Positions 25,450 to 38,199 of a DNA stretch of 64,000 bases are shown here, piece after piece. The stretch lies in assembly GCF_006345805.1 (NCBI RefSeq), contig NC_043001.1:38998001-39062000 (forward strand), written 5' to 3'. The stretch comes from Octopus sinensis. Taxonomy: Eukaryota. A program made the translations under genes and the position numbers. The notes beneath the pieces are model-generated. The model was not told the DNA's origin, did not search any database, and saw only the letters and a list, made by a program, of their open reading frames with translations. Positions within the stretch are counted from its first letter, which is position 1. Each line of letters begins with the position of its first letter.

Positions 25450-27428
25450 CTGCAAAAGATATCTTCTAAACTTTCAATCCTGACTAAAAATATTGATCAA
25501 TTTCAGAACTGTACCAAAGGAAACTGGGCAATAGGAGTGAACACCTAACAAGTGTAATATGTAGTACCTCTGAGTTGTAATGTATTAGCAATATGGGTAG
25601 GGATTCCTTTCTTCAACTTGTATATAGATAATAACGGATGCTGAACAGCCTGTAATCAAAAACTTCTACTGCGTAAGAATATATGAAATTTTTTATAACA
25701 AAAATAATTGCTAAATTGCCAGAGCCTCTTTCTCAATTTGGCTGAATTTTTTTCTGCTGGTATCAGAGAAAGTGAGGCATGACCCACAGTCTTCATGTTA
25801 CTATATATTTATGTAGCATTATTGCCTCTGATACCATACTCAGAGGCATTTGAAGCTACAACTATCTCTGATACAGGATTGAAATGTACTAACAACAAAT
25901 CAGATGGTAATATTTTCTTCATTTTGTTGAATGCTTTCTGACAATTTTCAGACCAATTCCACTTTTACATCTTTTTTTAGTAGATTATTTAGTGGAGCTC
26001 TTACCTTATATATCTTTGGTATATCACTTTGATGATAGTTTTCAAGTTCAGAAAAAGGTTTTAAGTAGATATAGTTGTCAAAGAGGGCATATTTTTAAAT
26101 GCATCTGCCTTTGATGGATCTGGTTGATGACCATCTTTATCAATAATTTGCCCTAAACATTTGATTTTCGGTAGGAATTCACACTTGTCCTCACTCAAAG
26201 TGAAGCTGTAATCCCTTATTTTTTCCAACACATACTTTACGTGCTCTACATACAGGTCCCAAGGTTCACTTTTAATTACTATATTGTCCAGGCAGGTCAT
26301 CACAAAGTTGCACTCTGCAAGCATCGTATCCATCTCTAGTTGGAATATAGTTGGAACAACTTTTATGTCAAGGAAATCCATTAAATTGATATAATCCCTT
26401 ATGAGTGTTTATTGTTAATACTTTTGAACACTCCTAATCCACTTGTATCTGTAGGTATGATTTGAAAAAACTTTCCCATCATTTGACTTAGCAAAAATTC
26501 CTTCTGGACCCGGTAACAATTAATTATGAGTGATCAAACACTTGTTTAACCCTGTTGAAAAATTAACACATACGTGGATTTTGTTTTCTTTTCTTTGACG
26601 TAAACTGTTGGCATGATCAATTTTTCCAATAATCTCAAGCTTTTCAAGTCTATTCAATTCCCCATTTTGTTTTGGTTTAAATACCAGAATAATGTCTTCT
26701 TTTACTTGAAACTTCACCTTTCTTTTGGTGCAAAGACCTAATTCATCAGGAAAAAACTTCAGGTAAAAATCATTTAAAATTTTTATTTTAATTCCTCTGA
26801 CACCTGATTTGTACTGGTGGAAAGACCATTCACATTTTTCAGGAAAAATATATGGAAAGGTCCTATAAGTTAAATAATTCCATTCAGTCTGTTCCAAATA
26901 AATTTGTCCTATTATTTAGTACAAAAACTTTCAAGGTTTTTCCATGAAATGTAACATCACTTATCATTTCACCCTTGAAATGTAATTTTTTTTACTGAAA
27001 CACCACATGCAATTTTTGAAGTTTCTTTCAATTTAGGTTTCCCAATTTTCTCCCTGTATCTGTGTTAACTCTTTAGTGTTCAGATTAATCTGTCAAATGT
27101 ACTGCTTATTTGTTCACGTTATTTTGAATTTTTCAGGTTCAAGTGGGGTGTCCACAATAATTGCTTGAAACTTTGTTATTTTTTATATACAGATTTGAAA
27201 TTTTGTCAGTGGGTGCTTATATACCAAAAGATTATAGTTATGTAATTTTAGCTGATCTTGTTGATTAACTTTGACTTTTATGTGCAAGTAAATTTAATTA
27301 ACAGCAATAACATTATGGATAAACACTAAAACTGAAATTCTTAATGCATCTCACCTATATGATTTGTTGCTAAACTTATCCCCGATCACAGCCATTAACA
27401 ATTTTGCCACTTTTCAAGAAGAAGCACA
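25450..27428 (-). mobile_element. Gypsy/Ty3 LTR retrotransposon pol remnant (protease end, RT, RNase H)
   Basis: ORF 26520-26897 (FPDELGLCTKRKVKFQVKED...FKPK...ELNRLEKL), ORF 26061-26381 (PTIFQLEMDTMLAECNFVMTCLDNI...KCEFLPKIKCLGQIIDKDGHQPDPSK) and GIPTHIANTLQ near 25590; Mag-like pattern. Confidence 0.75.
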
Positions 27429-27508
27429 TTAATTTGAATTACAGTTATAATTAGCATAAGATTTTATTCTTTCCCTGTATTTCATTCAAATATTCTTATC
27501 GAAAATTA

Positions 27509-29402
27509 TCATCATCATCATTTCACATCCGCTTTCCATGCTATCATGCGTTGGACGATTTGCCTGAGGTCTGGCAAACCAGATGGCTGCACCAGATTCC
27601 AATCTGATCTGGCAGTTTCTACAGCTGGATGCCCTTCCTAACACCAACTACTCCAAAAGTGTAGTGGGTGCTTTTACGTGCCACTGGCACAGGGGCCAGG
27701 CAGGTGGTACTGGCAATGGCCATGCTCAAATGGCACTTTTTATGTGCCACCTTCACAGGAGCCAGTCCAGCAGCACTGGCAACGACCTCGCTCGAATGTT
27801 TTCCCACATGCCACCAGCACAAGTGCTAGTAAGGCAATGCAAGTAACAATCATGCTCGAATGGTGTTTCTAACGTGCCATCGGCTCAGAGACCAGATTGT
27901 TGCTCGGGCAATGATCTCACTCGTATGGTACTCTTAGCGCCCCACTAGCACAGATGTCAGTCATCGAGTTTGATTTCGATTTCAACTTCACTTGCCTCAA
28001 CAAGTCTTCGCAAGCAGAGTTTAGTGTCCAATGAGGGAAAGGCATGCATAAGTGGACTGGTTACACCCCTGGCATAGGCCACAAGGTTATGGTCTCACTT
28101 GCGCTTGCTGAGTCTTCTCAAGCACAGCATATTTCCAGAGGTCCCGGTCACTAGTTATTGCATCGGTGAGGCCCACTGTTTGAAGGTCATGCTTCACCAC
28201 CTCATCCCAGGTCTTCCTGAACTGCTAGGGTGTGACACTTTTTCACACAACTATCCGCATCCATTCTCAACACATGACCATACCAGCGCAATCGTCTCTC
28301 TTGCACACCACATCTAATGCTTCTTAGGTCCAACCATTCTTACAAGGCACTAACACTGTCGAGTATGCACACTGACATTACACATCCATCAGAGCATGCT
28401 GGCTTCTTTCCTTGTGAGCTTACACATGTCCTCAGCAGTCACGGCCCATGTTTTATTGCCATGTATCTGTTCATACACATGCGTCATACAGTCTACCTTT
28501 TATTCTGTGAGAGAGGTCCTTTGTCACCAGCAGAGGTAAGAACTCTCTGAACTTTGCCCAGGCTATACTTATTCTAGCAGCTACACTTTCAGTGCACCCT
28601 TCCCCGTTACTGACTAGGTCACCTAGGTAATGGAAGCTATCAACTACTAGTTTTTCTCCCTGGAATGTGGTGGAAGTTGTTCTTTGCACATTTTCAGTTT
28701 TATTTATTGCTCCCGAGCATCTGCCACATACAAAAACTATCCTCCCAGTTAACCTTCCTTTGATATTGCTGCACCTCTTACGTGTCCATAGCTTACACTG
28801 GGTACATCTTATAGAGTTTCTACCTACGCCTTCTCTACTGATCAAGCAGGGCCATCTAGCTCAAGGGATTTGTGGTTTGCCGGCCTTCCAACATATGAGG
28901 ACTTTGGTTTTAGCTAGGTTGACTCTAAGGCCCTTCGATTCTAATCCTTCTTTCCATACTTAAAACTTCTCCTCCAGTTCTGATAGTGACTCAGCAATTA
29001 GAGCAAGGTCATCAGCATAGAGGAGCTCCCAGGGGCATCCTGTCTTGAATTCCTCTGTTATTGCCTGGAGGACTATGATAAATAGGAGGGGGCTGAGGAC
29101 TGAACCTTGGTGGACCCCTACCTCTACTCTGAATTCTTCACTGTACTCATTGCCAACCCTCACCTTACTAGCAGCGTCTCTGTACATGGCTCGCACAGCT
29201 CTCACTAACCATTCATCTATCCCAAGTTTCCACATTGACCACCAGATAAGGGATCGGGGGACCCTGTCAAAGGCTTTCTCCATGTCAATGAAAGCCAGGT
29301 ACTGGGGCTTATCTTTGGCTAGGTATTTCTCCTGCAGCTGTCTTACCAGAAATATAGTGTCAGTGGTGCTTTTCCCTGGCAAGAAACCAAACTGCATCTC
29401 AT
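27509..29402 (-). mobile_element. RTE LINE, 5'-truncated, relatively young
   Basis: ORF 28960-29397 (QFGFLPGKSTTDTIF...GVHQGSVLSPLLF...ELLYADDLAL) and ORF 28471-28845; 3' UTR with (CAT)n tail at 27509. Confidence 0.87.
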
Positions 29403-29419
29403 CTAGTACAAAACTCTTT

Positions 29420-30721
29420 TACTAGTCAATATACCATTGGCTATGTACTCTTATACAATTTAATGAATACATTTACACAACAGAATGTATCTAATAAAGA
29501 AAGCTCATTAACAGGTGAGGTAAAGGTGAATATCGGTGTGTAACATAAATATGTATTTTGCACTTTCACATATTATTTCTAATAAAATGAAAAGGATACA
29601 TGATAGTATTACTATCAAACAACAAAATATAGTAATGCCATGTTTCTATCGTGAAACTGTCCAAAGCACCCTTTACACTAGGGCACTTTGCAAAACAAAC
29701 ACATATATGAGGTCTCAAAGTGATATCCTTTTAGAGTTTTACTTATTTGCAGTGAACACAATCTGCAGACTTTTTCCCTACCATTCATTTTCTCCACTCT
29801 ATGGAAGTCAATATTTTCTCTCAGTTAATTTTGTTTTTCTCCTAGCTCTGTGCTTTCTGGAAGAAAAGCCCTCCCATAACTGAGATGCAATGTCAACCCA
29901 AAATTACAAATGGTTGTAGTCCTTTGGTGGTGAAGGTACCTTGTGGCTTTTTACATAATATATGAATTAACTATAGTTAGACAAAATGCTGGAGATATAT
30001 GGGTCACCATACCTTATATCAGGATTCCAGTAGTTCCTCAGCTGAGTAAGCTGCTTGATACCAAACATAATGTTTATAGTAAAAAAAGCTTGCATTTCCA
30101 CAGTATCAGTTGGCTGTCATAATGGATCGGGTCTTCCACGAAAATAAATTATGCCTTGAACATTTGTTACCTCCGTGAGAGTTTCAAAAAAATTTTTCAG
30201 TAAAAGTAAAAATTGATAGTCCAGTCATTGAGCATTGGGAGGTAGACTGTATTATGGACTAGTCTTTTCTGTGAAATCAGAAATTGTGGTTGATGTAGTA
30301 ATCTTCAACCATGTTGCCATAATGTTTTCAATATCATTTATGTCACTTTCATTATCAAAATTTTCCTCATCTGACGAAGATTCATAAATGTGAATATGAT
30401 TTGTCTTCAGACAAATTATTGCTGTTTTCATTTATGTTTTGTACATCATCAAGAGTAAAATCTTTGAAGTTGGAATCACTACTTGCTGATACCATATCAT
30501 TAAAAACCAAGAAGTTTCAAAAATTTCACCATATTTTTACTTGAATAAAGGTGGGAAAGGCTTTATCTCGCATTATCGGAAAGCTACGAGAATTCAATAA
30601 TATGATTTGTTTATCTTTTAAGTGATTTTGTAGAGAAATCAGATATGGCAGATTTGACTGGTTCAAACAAATAAAGAGGAATAATTTTCAGCCAGTTATG
30701 GCCAGTTTAAACACTAAAGGC
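29420..30721 (-). mobile_element. Internally deleted piggyBac-like transposon remnant
   Basis: TTAA at 30722-30725 adjoining (minus) gcctttagtgtttaaactggccata. Decayed transposase reading LPPNAQ*LDY...VEMQAFFTINIMFGIKQLTQLRNYWNPDIRYGDPYISSI, and a C-terminal Cys-rich stretch ETSYMCLFCKV...CKGCFGQFH near 29650-29720. Confidence 0.68.
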
Positions 30722-30725
30722 TTAA

Positions 30726-31830
30726 TTATTGTGATATCACTGCCTGTATCCAATTGTAACTTGATATTCACTTTATTCATTTTTATGAACACGAATTTTC
30801 TTTTCTGAGCCTTGCTTAGGATTTCTGTTGACAATACCTTCTTGCCAAAATTTCTTTCATTCAACCTTTATACATTTTTGTTTCCTTTTACAATGTGAGC
30901 TTTTGTGACCCATTTTTCCACGCTCAAAGCATTTTAGATTTTTAAAAGGACAGTTACATTTGAAATTTAAATCTCCGTTCCTATAGTATGGATTGGGTAT
31001 TGACATGTGTTTCTTTTTTCTATTCATTCAGGTCAATATGAATGAATATGAGAGCAATCTTTCCTTCAATATTATCTGCGTCATCTCTTAAATTTATAAT
31101 CCTCTGGCATTCTTCTGCTACAGTCTACAGAGTTAATTTTTGGTCTTGTTCTAATTTTGTTAATATTCAGAAATGTATATCTGCATCTTTGCTTGATCAA
31201 AAATTAGACATTTGAACATGTCAAGGGTTAATTCATTTAATTTGAATTTTTCATAATCTCTTAACAACCCTGGCATAGGTGACAAAATCTTCATCATCTT
31301 CTTTAACAAAATTTGAATACTACCAGTGAGTACTGAACAGGCAACTTCTTTCACTGAAATCTTTCAATAAAAAATTATTTCATCACAACAAATCTCACCT
31401 GGTTTCTTCGGCAGAATATAGCTACTATATTTTTTGTGTTCAGCAGGGGATAACTTTCTTAAAAGTAGTAGTACTTTTTTCTCATCCATCCAATTTTTAC
31501 ATTCTTCTTTGAACATTTCTTCATATCTTTGAGAATATACTGAGAAGGTGATCCAGTCTTCTGGATTATAACTGAATTCTCCAACTGAGTTTGCTACGCT
31601 CTCTGGTGAGTATGAACCTTAAGTATTTTTAAACTTCTTTAATTTTAATCCAAGCAACTGTTGGCTTTGCTGTTGTAGTTGCTGTTGTTGTTACTGTTGT
31701 AGTTGTTGTTGATGCTGATTTTGCATGGAGGTCAATAAGTCCTCCATGTTAAACAATTTTTTGTTTTGCACCAAAAAGTTTTAATGTTCAATGCAAGCTT
31801 CGAATATCTCATCGCCATTTTTATAGCCTA
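30726..31830 (-). mobile_element. Gypsy gag-protease remnant with PBS-like site
   Basis: LQLDTGSDITII aspartyl-protease motif at 30726-30760; gag-like GEFSYNPEDWITFSVYSQRYEEMFK...KKVLLLLRKL...YILPKKP; (minus) tggcgatgag near 31808-31818. Confidence 0.72.
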
Positions 31831-32215
31831 CTGCATTTGATATATTTTCTGATTTGGGCGTAAAGTAAGGTCTTTGTATGATGTAGTACTACTGCTGCTA
31901 GATGAGGCTAAACACTTTCTATCAACTGCTCGAGTCAACTCGACAGTTCTTTATTTTATAGAAAAGTATCAGTCCATGTTTAATCATTAGGAAGTGGTCG
32001 GAATCCTTCCACATTATACATCTTACTCTAGAAACCAGAACTCAATGAAGTAGATGCTTTAGTAAATTTAGGCAAATTACAGAAATGACCACAAATATTT
32101 TGGGATCAACTAGTTCATAATTGCTCAGAGATACGATATTACAACAACAAAGAAGTAAATCAATAAAAAAAAATCTTTTCAAAACTGTTGAAGTTGTGTA
32201 ATCTTTTCATTGTTG

Positions 32216-32850
32216 TCATCATCATCATCATCATCATCATCATCGTTTAACGTCCATTTTCCGCGCTAGCACGGGTTGGATGGTTCGACTGGGGTCTGGT
32301 AAGCCATGGAGGCTGCACCAGGCTCCAGTCTGATCTGGCAGTGTTTCTACGGCTGGATGCCCTTCCTAACGCCAACCACTCCGCGAGTGTAGTGGGTGCT
32401 TTTTATGTGCCACCTGCACAGGTGCCAGGGGAGGTCTGGCATCAGCCACGATCGGTTGGTGCTTTTAACGTGCCACCGACACGGAAGCCAGCCAAGACGG
32501 CGCTGGCATCGGCCACGTTCGGATGGTGCTTTTTATACGCAACCGTCACAGAAGCCAGTCGAGGCGGCGCTGGCAATGGCTATGTTCGGATGGTGCTTTT
32601 TATGTGCCACCAGCTCAGGTATCACAACTACTATTTCCATTGATATTTGTTTCGATGCTCATGTACATGCACTTGACTCAACAAGTCTCCTCAAGCACAG
32701 CGAGATGTTCTGGGACCCAAGGTACTTTGAATGGGCAGGTGCTATGCGGAACTGGTGCCAGAAGCATCCCGGGTCTTTGCAGTCACAGCACATCTCCAGA
32801 GATCTCAGTCCTTCGCCATTGCCTCAGTGAGGCCCAAGGCTCTGAGGTCG
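32216..32850 (-). mobile_element. RTE 3' terminal fragment
   Basis: (TCA)n tail 32216-32243, ctacggctggatgcccttcctaacgccaacc motif and several ~56-bp gtgcttt units. Confidence 0.8.
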
Positions 32851-32945
32851 GTAAATATAAATCTAGAAATGAAGAAATATTTCACAAAAATATTTTGAAC
32901 AAATCTATACTTTGTTCTTCATAGAGATAAAGAAGAAAAACTTAC

Positions 32946-33266
32946 ATTTTATATGCAAATCGAGTTCCATTGAATGGTAAACAAATTCACTTTTACCCGG
33001 AAAATATGCAACACACTGTAATTTCTTTAAATTCTTATTAAGAGTTAATGTCAGTTCTGATAATAAAGTGTTCAGCTTTCCTGATTTGCTTGACTTGTTT
33101 GAAATATACTGTGTAACATTTTTTTGAGTTCCATCATTCTTAGTAATCAACCAAAAGACTGAAAATTCAGGGTTGGTGTCTTTAATATGGCATTCATAAC
33201 TTTTGTTCTGCTTTTCCACAGGAACTGTGTTAGAAATACTCTTGATTGTGACTGATTTTGGTAAAA
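32946..33266 (-). CDS. Internal exon encoding an Ig-like (CD80-like C2-set) domain; most 5' exon identified in window
   Basis: Acceptor cttttcctatttcAG (plus CT 33267-33268), donor GTaagt (plus acttac 32940-32945); 321 nt, phase 1-1. Translates LPKSVTIKSISNTVPVEKQNKSYECHIKDTNPEFSVFWLITKNDGTQKNVTQYISNKSSKSGKLNTLLSELTLTLNKNLKKLQCVAYFPGKSEFVYHSMELDLHIK; joins in frame to the 6497 exon (IK-Y-SPE). Confidence 0.86.
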
Positions 33267-33419
33267 CTGAAATAGGAAAAGTGACAAAAATTATATTGAG
33301 AAATGAATGGAATGTGTGTTTTTTGAAAATATGTATATATATGTATATTTATTTCTGCTGGATAAGGGAACTGTAATAATAGTAATCTCATGAATATTGT
33401 TTATATATTTTTAGTTAGA

Positions 33420-33560
33420 TGAAAAATAAAACAGGCTATTGTATGTTTATGAGTTCTGCCAAATGCAAGCTTTCTCTTCAGGTACATGATGTTGCTGTCC
33501 CCCATTCCAGGGTTCACAGGCCCACACCTTCCACACCCTCAGAGTTGGGATACTTAATAT
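33420..33560 (+). mobile_element. Isolated RTE 5' end fragment
   Basis: tgtatgtttatgagttctgccaaatgcaagctttctcttcaggtacatgatgttgctgtcccc matches the 5' regions at 38238-38300 and 55580-55650. Confidence 0.55.
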
Positions 33561-33719
33561 TTTTGTTAATATCAATAATCAGGTGTTGCACAATACTCAC
33601 TGTTTGATCTAACTTAGCAAACCATCATATATATGGACCAACTGGTCCATATTTTTTCTTCGGATATGCAGATGACATTTTCAAGCTCAACTCTTTCCAT
33701 GGTGAGACTGACAGAGTAA

Positions 33720-36700
33720 TCTTGCCACACAAAGTAGAAGCCAAGAAGATGTTCAGATAAACAACTTTGTCTTCCAACGGACCACACATCTAAAACCTCA
33801 TTTTACAGCACAAATTATAATTACTTCATTATTTCATTATCTATGCATATAAACACGGTTTAGTCTTCCACACCATATGTTAGAAAAAACTAAAGATCCC
33901 TACATTCAATCCAATTCTCCTTCTCTTTCATGCTCATTTATTATTGTTTTTCATTCATTTATCTAATTTTGTTACAGTTTGGCTGACCAAAACCTGTTCG
34001 TTATAGCTCTAGTTAAAAATGCAAATGTCCAATTCTATCTTCTTATTATTATTATCATCATCAATCTTTCACACCAACAGCCAAAGTGTTTGTTGCTTCG
34101 CAGTGTTATTCACCTAGCAGTTTGTTATGATGGCAAGTTAAATCCATTCCATTTGATCAATTATATTACTCTAAATTCCCAAAATTCCATCTTGTCATGT
34201 TCTGTCTTTGCCCAGCCTAACTATGGACTCTCTCTCTCTCTCAGTTCCGTTAACCACTTGCTTCTCCCAACACAACATTACCTCCACTCTATCCACTCCA
34301 CCCTATATAAAGTAGCTCCACTCAGATTCTGATGCCTCACATTTTAATATCTTGCCACACAAAGTAGAAGCAAAGAAGATGCTCAAATAAACAACTCTGT
34401 TTTCCAACCTAAAACACATCTAAAACCCCCTTTTTTTTAGCGCAAATTATAATTACTTTGTTATTTCATTATCTATCTATGTAAACACAGTTTCTTCTTC
34501 CATACCATATGCTAGTGAAAACTTAAGATCCCTATGTTCAATGCAATTCTCTCTCTTTCTCTCTTCTTCTCTTTCATGCTCATTTATTATTGTTATTATT
34601 ATGGAGATTTTAATGGGCATGTTGGGCGGGATTCAGGTATCGTCACTGGTGTACACAGGGGCCACGGTATTGGTTCCCGAAACAATGAGGGAACTAGGCT
34701 ACTGGAGTTCTGTGATACATGTAACCTTTTAATCTGCAACACTAACTTCAGCAAACCAGACAGCCACCTGATAACCTATCAATCAGGTGACTCTGCTAGC
34801 CAGATTGTTTTCATCCTCACCAGACAGTGATCCTCCCAGGTGAAGAATGTACACCCCAGCATAGGTTAGTCATTAGTGACTTTAGGCTCAAGGCCAGAAG
34901 GATACCAAGAAGCAGACCAATCTAAAACAAGGATTTGGAAGCTAAAGAACCCTTCAAATGGTCAGAGATTTAGGGACATCCTCATCAAGAAATTTGATGA
35001 GAGGGAAGAGGAACTACAGTCCTAAAACAAAGAAGGTAGCTGGAAATTCCTACAGGACAGCTTGCTGAGTGCCACAGACCAAAACTGCGGATGGTGCAAA
35101 GTCCCTTCAAGACCTAGAGTTACGTGGTGATGGAATAGTACGGTAGACAAAGCCATTACACTAAAGAAACAGGCCTGGAAAGCCTGGGAGGGTGCGTGTA
35201 GCAGGGAACTGTACCAGGTAGACAAAAGGGAGGCTGGGCGGTAGGCATGCATAGCCAAGGGAGAAGTAGAAAAGAAGTTTGCAAAAGTCCATCAATGTGA
35301 GGACCAAAGAACTGAGGTATTTCAGATTGCAAAACAGTGTGCGAGAGAAAATTGTGATGTCACAGGAGCGAAATGTGTCCACATCGAAGATGGTGCACTT
35401 GCTTTTAATGATTCGGAAAAGAAAGAGGCTTGGAGAAGCCATTATGAAAGACTGCTGAATGTGGAGAATGAGAGCCTGCCAAATGTTGACCCAGTAGAGG
35501 GACCAGCTATCTGAATAGACAGCTCCCTGGTAGATAAAGCAATTAAGGATATGAAGCCAGGAAAAGCCTCTGGCCTATCAGGAATCACTGCTGAGATGCT
35601 TAAAACAACTGGTGGTGTGGGCTATGGCCTAGTTACCTGCATTGTAAACCAGGCAGTTCATGACAGAGTCATACCCAATGACTGGCGTAGCAGCACCATA
35701 GTCAACTGCTACAAGGGTAATAACTACAGGGGTATCAAACTGCTGGATCAGGTGATGAAGGTCATGAAGAGGGTCATAGCCCATCTCATTAGGCAGAGCG
35801 TCTGCTTAGATGTGATGCAGTTCGGTTTTGTTCTGGGTAGAAGCACCACTGATGCCATATTCCTAGTTTGACAACTACAGGAGAAATACCTAGCTGAAGA
35901 TAAACCCCTGTACTTAGCTTTTGTGGACTTGGAGAAAGCTTTTGACAGGGTTCCCCGATCCCTTATCTGGTGGGCGATGTGGAAATTGGAGATTGACGAA
36001 TGGTTAATAAGATCTGTACAGGCCCTATACTGAGAGGCCGTTAGTAAGGGGAGAGTGTCTGATTAGATGAGATGCAGTTTGGTTTTGTGCCAGGTAGAAG
36101 CACCACTGATGCCATATTCCTGGTTTGACAACTGCATGAGAAATACCTAGGTAAAGATAAACCCATATACTTAGCATTTGTGGACTTGGAGAAAGCCTTT
36201 GACAGGGTCCCTCGATCCCATATTTGGTGGGTGATGTAGAAACTGGGGACTGACAAATGGTTAATAAGAATAAGGACTGTACAGGCCCTATACAGACAGG
36301 TCGTTAGTATGGTTAGGATTGGCAATTAGTGAAGAATTCCAGGTAGAAGTAGGAGTCCATCAAGGTTCAGCCTTCAGCCCCCTTTTATTTATCATAGTCC
36401 TCTAGGCAATAAGAGGGGAATTCAAAATGGGTTGCCCTTGAGAGCTCCTCTATGCTGATGACCTGGCCCTCATAGCAGAATTACTACCAGAACTGGAAAA
36501 GAAATTTTGGGTGTGGAAGCAAGGTTTAGAATCAAAAGGCCTTAGAGTCAATGTAGCAAAGACCATAGTTCTAGTAAGTAGGAAGGCGAACACATCATAC
36601 ACCTCCTCAGGTGGCCCTGCTCAATCTGTAGAAAAGGTTTTGGTAGAAACTCTATAGGATGTACCCAGTGTAAGCTATGGACACATAAGAGGTGCAGCAA

Positions 36701-38040
36701 CATCATAGTAAGATTAATTGAGAAGATAGCTTTCGTGTGCGACAGATGCACAGGGGCAATAAACACCACAGATGCTCAGAAAACAGATTCCATCACACTC
36801 CAGGGGGAAGAAACTAGAAGTAGTTGATAGCTTCCGCTACCTAGGTGATCAAGTCTGTAGTGGGGAGGGAGGTGGGTGCTCAGAGAGTGTTACCACTAGA
36901 ATAAAAATAAGCTGGCCAAAGTTAAGAAAGTTTCTACCCCTACTGGTGACAAAGGGCCTCTCACTCAGAGTGAAAGGTAGATTGTACGATGCATGTATGC
37001 AAACAGCCATGCTTCACAGCAGTGAAACATGGGCTGTGACTGCGGAGAACATGTGTAGGCTCGAGAGAAACAAAGCTACCATGATCCACTGGATGCGTAA
37101 TGTCAGAGTGCACACACGACAGAGTGTAAGCGCCCTGAGAGAAATGTTGGACATAAGAAGCATTGGTTGTGACAAACAAGAGAGACGTTTGCACTGGTAT
37201 GGTCATGTACTATGGATAGATGAGGAGAGATGTGTGAAGAAGTGCAACTTCCAAACAGTTGAAGGAATCCAGGGTAGAGGTAGATTGAGGAAGACATAGA
37301 ATGAGGTGGTCAAGCATGACCTTTGAATGTTGGGGCCCACAGAGGCAATGACGAAAGACCGAGATCTCTGGAGGTATGCTCTGACTGTGAAGACCTGGCA
37401 AATAAAGTGAGTTCACGGCTGTATCCTACATCAGTTTCGCATAACCAGTCCCAGCCCATTCAAAAGTACCTTGGATTGTAGGGTGACCTGCTGTGCTTGA
37501 GGAGTATATCAAAATTAAAATGAAAATCAAATGGAAATTGTAGTTGTGATACCCATGCTGGTGGCACATAAAAAGCACCATCTGAACATGGCCAATGCCA
37601 GCACAGCCTTGACTAGCACCAACTGGTGTAAAAAGCACCAACCGATTGTAGCCATTGTCAGCCTCCTCTGGCCCCTGTGCCGGTGACACGTAAAATTTAC
37701 CCACTACACTCATGGAGTTGTTGGCATTAGGAAGGGCATCCAGCTGTAGAAACACTGTCAGATCAGACTGGAACATGGTGCAGCCTCCTGGCTTCCCAGA
37801 CCCCGATCGAACCATCCAACCCATGCTAGCATGGAAAACGGACATTAAACAATGATAATGATGATGATTCATTTATCTAATTTTGTCACAGTTTCACTGA
37901 CTGAAACCTGTTAGTTATAGCTCTTGTTAAGAATGCAAATGTCCAATTCCATCTCATTATTTTTATTAGTATTATTTCTATTATCATTGTTTTCATTATT
38001 ATTATTCTTTCACACCAGCAGCCAGAATGTTTGCTGTTTC
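33720..38040. repeat. Direct duplication: unit A 33720-34110; unit B 34350-34598 resuming at 37868-38040 after an RTE insertion
   Basis: cttgccacacaaagtagaagc(c/a)aagaagatg...ctttcatgctcatttattattg occurs twice; tcatttatctaattttg...aatgcaaatgtccaatt occurs at ~33955 and ~37868. Confidence 0.7.
34599..37866 (+). mobile_element. RTE LINE, 5'-truncated within the endonuclease, with internal duplication
   Basis: Starts at GDFNGHVG (34604); ORF fragments 35551-35871 and 36772-37299; 3' UTR ending in atgataatgatgatgat. Confidence 0.85.
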
Positions 38041-38199
38041 AAGATGTGACTGCCCACCCCACCCCACCACCTATACTGGAAGTCTTTGTCCTCTGACCTC
38101 TATCAGATGTCTTTCCCCTGAACACCTCCAATGGCTTAAATGCTACCCCATCTCTACTTAGTGTTTAACTCCTATGAAATGTAGTGATTATGTAGGACA

